Origin: Macrostomum lignano
Taxonomy: Eukaryota
Direction of reading: 5' to 3'
DNA length: 64,000 nucleotides
NCBI GenBank assembly: GCA_002269645.1
Contig: NIVC01001226.1
Location: 62,001-126,000 of the forward strand
A program made the position numbers and the translations under genes. Each line of letters begins with the position of its first letter. Positions within the stretch are counted from its first letter, which is position 1. The notes under the pieces were generated by a model. It saw only the letters and a list, made by a program, of their open reading frames with translations, was not told the DNA's origin and ran no database searches. Positions 56,801 through 64,000 of the stretch are shown piece after piece.

Positions 56801-59800
56801 TGCGGACTGGGGCCTCGCAAAGCTGGCGATATTGTTAGCAAGCTGCGCTACTCCGGCCAGCGGCTGCACAATCGGGTGCCGCAGATTATCGACCTACTGC
56901 GGATGGGTCCCGTTGTGTTCATCAACAGCGCCGGTTTCATACGCATCGACACTGAGGCGGTTGAGAACGAAGCGCCGCACGCTCAGACAGACATACTCGA
57001 CGCTACCCGAGTGCATCCGGAGTCCTACGAGCTGGCTAGGAAGATCGCTATGGATGCCGTTGATGCCGACGATGCTGCTGACGACGAGGAGGCTGCCAAA
57101 TCTGCTCTGCTGGAAGTGATGGAGCATCCGGACAGGCTGAAGGAGCTGGATATTGATGCGTTTGCCGAGGAGTTGAAGCGACAGGTTGGAAACTTGTTTT
57201 CTGGTTGGACTTTCGGGGTCATCTGGTTCAGGGTTTGGGTCAGCTGGTTCAGCGTTTAGGTCAGCTGGTTCAGCGTTTGGGTCAGCTGGTTTAGGGTTTG
57301 GGTCAGCTGGTTCAGGGTTTGGGTCAGCTGGTTTAGGGTTTGGGTCAGCTGGTTCAGGGTTTGGGTCAGCTGGTTCAGGGTTTGGGTCAGCTGGTTCTAG
57401 GTTTGAGTCATATGGTTCAGGATTTGGACCATCTAATTCAAGTTTTGATCAGCTGGTTTAGGGTTTGGGTCATCTAGTTCTAGGTTTGGGTGAGCTGGTT
57501 CAGGGTTTGGGGCAGCTGGTTCAGGGTTTGGGTCAGCTAATTCAGGGTTTAAGTCATCTGGTTCAGGAGTTGGGTCAACTGGTTATTTTCAGCCGGTTAA
57601 ATGGTTAGGCAAGATTCGGGTCACCTGTGCACAAATCAAGGTCAACTATTTCTCGCCCACCGTAGGAGTACGGCGAGAAGCACATAACCCTGTACGACAT
57701 TCGCAACGAGCTGTGCCAACCCTACAAAGATCTTCGAATTGAATATTCTCCGCCAAATTCCGAGGAGCGTTTCAACCTGGTCACCAGGGAGACTCCAGAC
57801 ACGTTCTACATCGGCAAGCTGGTAGACTGCACCGTGATGGGGTTCGCGCGCAGGCGGCCGAAACCGGACCAATTGGAAAATGCCAACCCTATTCGCAATG
57901 AGGAGACGGGCAATTGGGTCTGCCCGTTCTGCGGCCTGTCCAATTTTGTGGAAGTCAACCAAGTCTGGTCGCATTTCGATGGTCAGTCGTGTGAGGGCGA
58001 ACCAGTAGGAGTTCGAGTGCAGCTCGACAATGGATTGTCTGGATTCATTGGCACTAGGAATCTATCGGATAAGTCGGTTGTTAATCCTACCGAGCGAGTG
58101 GCCGTGGGCCAGCAACTGCACGCCAGGATTATGAAGATTGATATTGAAAATTTTCGAGTAGATTTAACTAGTAGAAGCTCGGATCTGAAGGATACGGCGT
58201 TTAAGTGGAAACCGCCTAGGGACGCTTGCTTTGATGAAGATGCTGAGGCTGTCGACCTGCAGGTGAGTTGCGGGCGCTGAAACCCGTGGAAATGTCCTTT
58301 CAGATATTTATTCCCAAATACCCCAATAAATTTCTCGAAGATACCAATAAGCTCGTGGACTTGTTTAAAATACCCAATTAGATTCCTTTAAAATACCCCA
58401 TCAGATTCCTTTAAAATGGCCAATTAGATTCCTTTAAAATAGCCAATTAGATTCCTTTAAAATACCCCATCAGATTCCTTTAAAATAGCCAATTAGATTC
58501 CTTTAAAATACCTTTTTAGCCTCCTATAAAATACCTCATTAGATTCATTTAAAATACCCAATTAGATTCCTTTAAAATACCCAATTAGATTCCTTTAAAA
58601 TACCCAATTAGATTCCTATTAAAGACCTATCAGATTCTTTTAAAATAATTATATACTATATTAAAGAATCCTCTATAATACACTATTCGATCACTGTAAG
58701 TATGTTGGCAATAACCATGCAAAGTTAAGCACAATTGGCTGCGGTTAGTACACAGGTTCTACAATACCATCTCAATTTAGCTTCACAATAATCCTACAAA
58801 ATATTTTCAGTCCGAGGAGGACAAGCGCAAGGAGACCAGGCCAACCTACGTGAAACGGGTGATCGATCATCCGAATTTTCACAACGTCACGTATCGCGAC
58901 TGCGCCAAACTGATGCACAGCTTGGACCTTGGCGACGCCGTGTTCCGGCCCAGTTCTAAAGGCACCGATCGGCTGACGCTGACCTGGAAGATTGAAGACG
59001 GCATTATTCAACACGTTGAAGTGCAAGAACGAAATAAGCAGAACGATTTCTCTTTGGGCAAGACGCTCCTTATTGAGGTTGGTGCTTCATTTTAAATGAA
59101 CTGTGACTGTTGGTGACTGTTGGGTCACTGTTGAGTCACTAGCGCATCATGAGTTGCAGAATCGTAAAATAGTCTCGGAAAGAGTTGTCCAGATTGACGC
59201 AGATTCGCTTTAGACGCAACTCAGTGATTCTAAGAGTCTAGAGTCACTTCTTTTCTATTTTACCTGTGCTACCTGCCACGACTCTGAAACTACTATGGAA
59301 CGCTTCTTGGCTTCTACCCCTTTACCTACCTCTCTACCTACCCCTTTACCTACCTCTCTTCCTACCCCTTTGCCTACCTCTTTACCTATCCCTTTACCTA
59401 CCTCTCTACCTACCCCTTTACCTACCTCTCTACCTACCCCTTTACCTACCTCTATTCCTACCCCTTTGCCTACCTCTTTACCTATCCCTTTACCTACCTC
59501 TCTACCTACCCCTTTACCTACCTCTCTACCTACCCCTTTACCTACCTCTCTACCTACCCCTTTACCTACCTCTCTACCTACCCCTTTACCTACCTCTTTA
59601 CCTATCCCTTTACCTACCTCTCTACCTACCCCTTTACCTACCTCTCTACCTACCCCTTTACCTACCTCTCTACCTACCCCTTTACCTACCTCTCTACCTA
59701 CCCCTTTACCTACCTCTCTACCTACCCCTTTACCTACCTCTCTACCTATCCCTTTACCTACATCTCTACCTATCCCTTTACCTACATCTCTACCTACCCC

Positions 59801-60582
59801 TTTACCTACCTCTCTACCTACCCCTTTACCTACCTCTTTACCTATCCCTTTACCTACCCATTTATCTACCCCTTTACCTTCCTATTTACCTACCCCTTTG
59901 CCTACCTCTTTACCTATCCCTTTACCTACCCATTTATCTACCCCTTTACCTTCCTATTTACCTACCCCTTTGCCTACCTATTTACCTACCCCTTTGCCTA
60001 CCTCTTTACCTATCCCTTTACCTACCCATTTATCTACCCCTTTACCTTCCTATTTACCTACCCCTTTGCCTACCTCTTTACCTATCCCTTTACCTACCCA
60101 TTTATCTACCCCTTTACCTTCCTATTTACCCACCCCTTTGCCTACTACAGGGCGAAGAATTCGAAGATCTAGACGAAATAATCGCCCGCTATGTGCAGCC
60201 AATGGCGGCCTACATTCGCGACATCAGCATGCACAAGTATTACGTCAGGCCGGCGCCTGGCGCCTCCGGCGTCGCAGCTATCGACGACAGTTTGCGCCAA
60301 GCTAAACAGGCCAGGCCAACTACCATTCCCTACAGTCTGTCGGCTGTGACCAATATGCCTGGCAAATTTCTATTGGCCTACCTGCCTAGGAGTAATGTAC
60401 ACCGCGAGTACATCACTGTGCGGCCTGGCGGGCTGCGCTATAGGGGCAGGCAGTTTGCCAGCTTGAATCAGCTGCTAGCCTGGTTTAAGCAGCACTATAG
60501 AGAGCCGCCGCCTAGCGCTGCTAATGTGCCCGGTTCGGCCCTGATGACCCCGGCTGGCTCTGTGATTTCGGCTAGAATGTGA
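47851..60582 (+). CDS. SPT6: Transcription elongation factor / histone chaperone SPT6 (~1693 aa, 12 coding exons)
   Basis: Exons 47851-48727, 49508-50088, 50496-50846, 52216-52412, 52724-52934, 54235-54652, 55307-55593, 55768-56118, 56672-57184, 57666-58262, 58811-59077 and 60151-60582 join in phase (5082 nt). Motifs: [38 protein letters not shown]-like, GLGPRKA, RVHPESY, CPFC, S1 domain, tandem SH2 (HPNFHN...[14 protein letters not shown]). AATAAA lies ~18 nt after the stop. Confidence 0.97.
48735..49440. repeat. 39-nt minisatellite in SPT6 intron 1
   Basis: GACTGACAGGCACTGGGGGCTGGGGCAGACAGACACTGA, about 14 perfect units, decaying into GACA repeats. Confidence 0.97.
50170..50390. repeat. 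33-nt minisatellite in SPT6 intron 2
   Basis: CTCTTATCTATCTGAGCGATTCCCTATGACCCA, about 6 units. Confidence 0.9.
50890..52150. repeat. 21-nt minisatellite in SPT6 intron 3
   Basis: CTCATAGCTTAGGATCTGAAT, about 55 units. Confidence 0.96.
52950..54215. repeat. 30-32-nt minisatellite in SPT6 intron 5
   Basis: TCTAACACTTTAGGGTGTTCTGAGTTTGTG and TCTAACACATTCTATAATGTTCTGAGTTGGTG variants. Confidence 0.95.
54705..55240. repeat. 21-nt minisatellite in SPT6 intron 6, decaying 3'
   Basis: TTCTTTCTTAGAATTTGAGTG units. Confidence 0.88.
56150..56375. repeat. 28-nt minisatellite in SPT6 intron 8 (same family as 22660-23120)
   Basis: CCAGCCTCCCAG(ATCCT/CTCCC)CAGTTGCTGGG, about 8 units. Confidence 0.93.
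56399..56481. mobile_element. Right half of the palindromic MITE seen at 41890-42045
   Basis: GTCACGTGACTGCTCTCAGCCAATAGCGACTTACATGTGTGTGTTGCCAATAGAAA...GGTTGCGC closely matches the right half of the 41890-42045 MITE. Confidence 0.8.
57215..57590. repeat. 21-nt minisatellite in SPT6 intron 9
   Basis: GGGTCAGCTGGTTCAGGGTTT units. Confidence 0.92.
58320..58640. repeat. 23-nt minisatellite in SPT6 intron 10
   Basis: CCAATTAGATTCCTTTAAAATAC units. Confidence 0.88.
59315..60145. repeat. 12/24-nt pyrimidine-rich minisatellite in SPT6 intron 11
   Basis: CTACCTACCCCTTTACCTACCTCT units running directly into the acceptor at 60150. Confidence 0.96.
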
Positions 60583-60789
60583 CACCTGTTTAATTCATTA
60601 ATAAACTTAACTAAATTGTACTTTGTTTAGCGTTCATCAATCTGAGGATTTATTTGTTGCTGCCTGTGTGTGTTTTTTAATTTTTTTTTATAGTCGTAGT
60701 TTGGTTGTACTTTTGTTGCCCTTTTTTATACAGAAGCTTTGGGAGCATTGAATCAAACAATTCACCTTTATTGTTTGTAACAAGGTTCC

Positions 60790-61640
60790 GACCTTGAAAT
60801 CATCTAGGGTCCTTGGGTCATTCAAGGTCAAGTAAAGTGGGAGATTTAGTGTATGATTTGAGAGTGGGGTCATCAAGTGGGGTCATTCAAGGTCAAGTCA
60901 AGTGCCAGGTCTAGGTGTATGCTTTGAGAACGGGGTCATTCAAGGTCAAGTCAAGTGGCAGGTCTAGGTGTATGATTTGAGAACGGGGTCATTCAAGGTC
61001 AAGTCAAATGGCAGGTCTAGGTGTATGATTTAAGAACGGGGTCATTCAAGGTCAAGTCAAGTGGCAGGTCTAGGTGTATGATTTGAGAACGGGGTCATTC
61101 AAGGTCAAGTCAAGTGGAAGGTCTAGGTGTATGATTTGAGAACGGGGTCATTCAAGGTCAAGTCAAATGGCAGGTCTAGGTGTATGCTTTGAGAACGGGG
61201 TCATTCAAGGTCAAGTCAAGTGGCAGGTCTAGGTGTATGATTTAAGAACGGGGTCATTCAAGGTCAAGTCAAATGGCAGGTCTAGGTGTATGATTTGAGA
61301 ACGGGGTCATTCAAGGACAAGTCAAGTGGCAGGTCTAGGTGCATGCTTTGAGAACGGGGTCATTCAAGGTCAAGTCAAGTGGCAGGTCTAGGTGTATGAT
61401 TTGAGAACGGGGTCATTCAAGGACAAGCCAAGTGGCAGGTCTAGGTGTATGATTTGAGAACGGGGTCATTCAAGGACAAGTCAAGTGGCAGGTCTAGGTG
61501 TATGATTTGAGAACGGGGTCATTCAAGGACAAGTCAAGTGGCAGGTCTAGGTGTATGATTTGAGAACGGGGTCATTCAAGGACAAGTCAAGTGGCAGGTC
61601 TAGGTGTATGATTTGAGAACGGGGTCATTCAAGGTCAGGT
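60790..61640. repeat. 53-nt minisatellite downstream of SPT6
   Basis: GGGGTCATTCAAGGTCAAGTCAAGTGGCAGGTCTAGGTGTATGATTTGAGAAC, about 15 units. Confidence 0.96.
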
Positions 61641-62327
61641 CTAAATCGAAATTTTCCGAATGCAAAAATTTCCAATCCCAAATGTCAATGGGTCATTTAA
61701 GGTCAAATGACTTTTTATTTTAACCACGTTGCCTGCCTTAACTCTTCAAATAGAATTACAAAAAATCAATAAACCTCGCTGCGTCCTTATTGGTGGGCAA
61801 AGTGTAACATTTCCTTTATACGCCGTATTTGTACTTTTCTCTTCCTAATTAATAAATTTGGCCAGCATTTGCGCTCATTCAATTCTACTAGAATCCTTAT
61901 TACTATAAGCATGAAAAATTCAATATGAAAGCAAAACTTGAGCTCTGTTAAAGCAAGTTCCCTATTAAAGTGCATTACAACAGTACAACACTGAAAGTAA
62001 TTATAAATTTGTGTAATTTTGTATGCCTTGCGTCATTCTTTCTCGATTTGGTGTTCTGTACAAAAAACTCGATAAAATAAAAAACTAAAGTTTTCTGCTG
62101 CTATTCTAATTACAAGGAATTTTGAGTATTCGGTGGTTTTCATTTTTTATGCTATCAGTGTACGAGCATAAGTTTATTCGGGCAACTATTATATTTAATA
62201 AACCGTTTATCACATGCTTCTACTTCTACTTGGCTTTCAGTTATCAGTAGCAAGTTTCGAACATTTCAAGTATATTTTGGACGGTTCATCCGTACATAAT
62301 CTTCAGGTTCATCTCTATGCTATGGTG

Positions 62328-63545
62328 TGGGGCTGATGCTATGGTGTGGGGCTGATGCTATGGTGTGGGGCTGATGCTATGGTGTGGGGCTGATGCTATG
62401 GTGTGGGGCTGATGCTATGGTGTGGGGCTGATGCTATGGTGTGGGGCTGATGCTATGGTGTGGGGCTGATGCTATGGTGTGGGGCTGATGCTATGGTGTG
62501 GGGCTGATGCTATGGTGTGGGGCTGATGCTATGGTGTGGGGCTGATGCTATGGTGTGGGGCTGATGCTGTGGTGCGGGACTTCTGTGGTGCGGGACTGCT
62601 TATGTGGTGCGGGACTGCTTCTGTGGTGCGGGACTGCTTCTGTGGTGCGGGACTGCTTCTGTGGTGCGGGACTGCTTCTGTGGTGCGGGACTGCTGTGGT
62701 GTGGGACTGCTGTGGTGTGGGACTGCTGTGGTGCGGGACTGCTGTGGTGTGGGACTGCTGTGGTGCGGGACTGCTGTGGTGCGGGACTGCTTACTGTGGT
62801 GCGGGACTTCTGTGGTGCGGGACTGCTTCTGTGGTGCGGGACTGCTGTGGTGCGGGACTTCTGTGGTGTGGGACTGCTGTGGTGTGGGACTGCTGTGGTG
62901 CGGGACTGCTGTGGTGCGGCACTGCTGTGGTGCGGGACTGCTTCTGTGGTGCGGGACTTCTGTGGTGCGGGACTGCTGTGGTGTGGGACTGCTGTGGTGC
63001 GGGACTGCTGTGGTGCGGGACTGCTTACTGTTGTGCGGGACTTCTGTGGTGCGGGACTGCTTCTGTGGTGCGGGACTGCTGTGGTGCGGGACTGTTTCTG
63101 TGGTGCGGGACTGTTGTGGTGCGGGACTGCTTCTGTGGTGCGGGACTGCTTCTGTGGTGCGGGACTGCTGTGGTGCGGGACTGCTGTGGTGCGGGACTGC
63201 TGTGGTGCGGGACTGCTTCTGTGGTGCGGGACTGCTTCTGTGGTGCGGGACTGCTGTGGTGCGGGACTGCTGTGGTATGGGACTGCTGTGGTGCGGGACT
63301 TCTGTGGTGCGGGACTGCTGTGGTGTGGGACTGCTGTGGTGCGGGACTGCTGTGGTGCGGGACTGCTTACTGTGGTGCGGGACTTCTGTGGTGCGGGACT
63401 GCTGTGGTGCGGGACTGTTTCTGTGATGCGGGACTATTGTGGTGCGGGACTGCTTTTGTGGTGCGGGACTGCTTCTGTGGTGCGGGACTGCTTCTGTGGT
63501 GCGGGACTGCTGTGGTGCGGGACTGCTATGGTGCGGGACTGCTAA
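62328..63545. repeat. G-rich compound minisatellite (19-nt ATGCTATGGTGTGGGGCTG grading into 16-19-nt CTGTGGTGCGGGACTG)
   Basis: The unit switches at ~62570; source of the WCGT-repeat ORFs. Confidence 0.96.
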
Positions 63546-64000
63546 CCTGTGGGGGGGGGGTAAGCATATGTCTGATGCGGATATCTCTACTTATAAAAAT
63601 CAAAATAATATATAAAGTAGATGTGACACTTCCAATAAAAGTTCAATTGGAACTTTTCAAAGTTCGGTTTGTTTAAGCGGTTTTGTGCGCTGCGGGGGGA
63701 GGGGTGGGCGGCAGCCGTCACGATTACGTCTCGCACCACCTCGAACTCGTCTTGCTGGCTTCCTTTACTTTGTCCCTAGTCTTATCTTGTCTTACTCATT
63801 TGTGTCTATTGTTGCTTTGAAAGGTTAGGCGGTAGAAGCAGCCAATTAGAAGTGGACCTGCCCAGCCAGTTTCAAGTCGGATCAAGGACACCCTAAACCT
63901 GTATTTGGATTGGAATACTTTCGTGTTTTTCAGTTTTTGTTTTACTTTACTAGATTTATTATAACGGTAAACTTTGTTAGGTTTTAGAAGTGTTATTTTA

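Noticed and set aside
57255-57480. TTTAGGG/TTTGGG telomere-like words (also at 52960-53910)
   Set aside because: Isolated words embedded in longer minisatellite units, not tandem telomeric repeats.

Overview
Eukaryotic (metazoan) genomic DNA. GC/CpG-rich exons are separated by AT-rich introns packed with tandem repeats. This architecture resembles a free-living flatworm such as Macrostomum, but that is an inference and was not verified. Four multi-exon genes were reconstructed by hand with in-phase GT-AG junctions: an adiponectin-receptor/PAQR gene (-, 3368-6188), a PX-SH3-RhoGAP of the ARHGAP32/33/CdGAPr type (+, ~10449-19850), an orphan class-A peptide-type GPCR (-, 23588-30902) and SPT6 (+, 47851-60582, 12 coding exons). 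Mobile DNA includes a very young full-length Ty3/Gypsy element (34867-39582) with identical 174-bp LTRs, an apparent non-canonical TA...CA terminus, a 4-bp TSD, a -1 frameshift signal and one in-frame stop in RT. There are also two RTE-type LINE 3' fragments, a CORE-like tRNA-SINE, and a nested cluster at 40.5-44.6 kb (MITEs plus a decayed, intron-containing Mutator transposase). More than 30 distinct mini/microsatellites are present, nearly one different family per intron. Most long ORFs in the supplied track are repeat artefacts. The least explained structure is a symmetric lattice of 12 copies of a ~19-bp motif at 8.0-9.05 kb.
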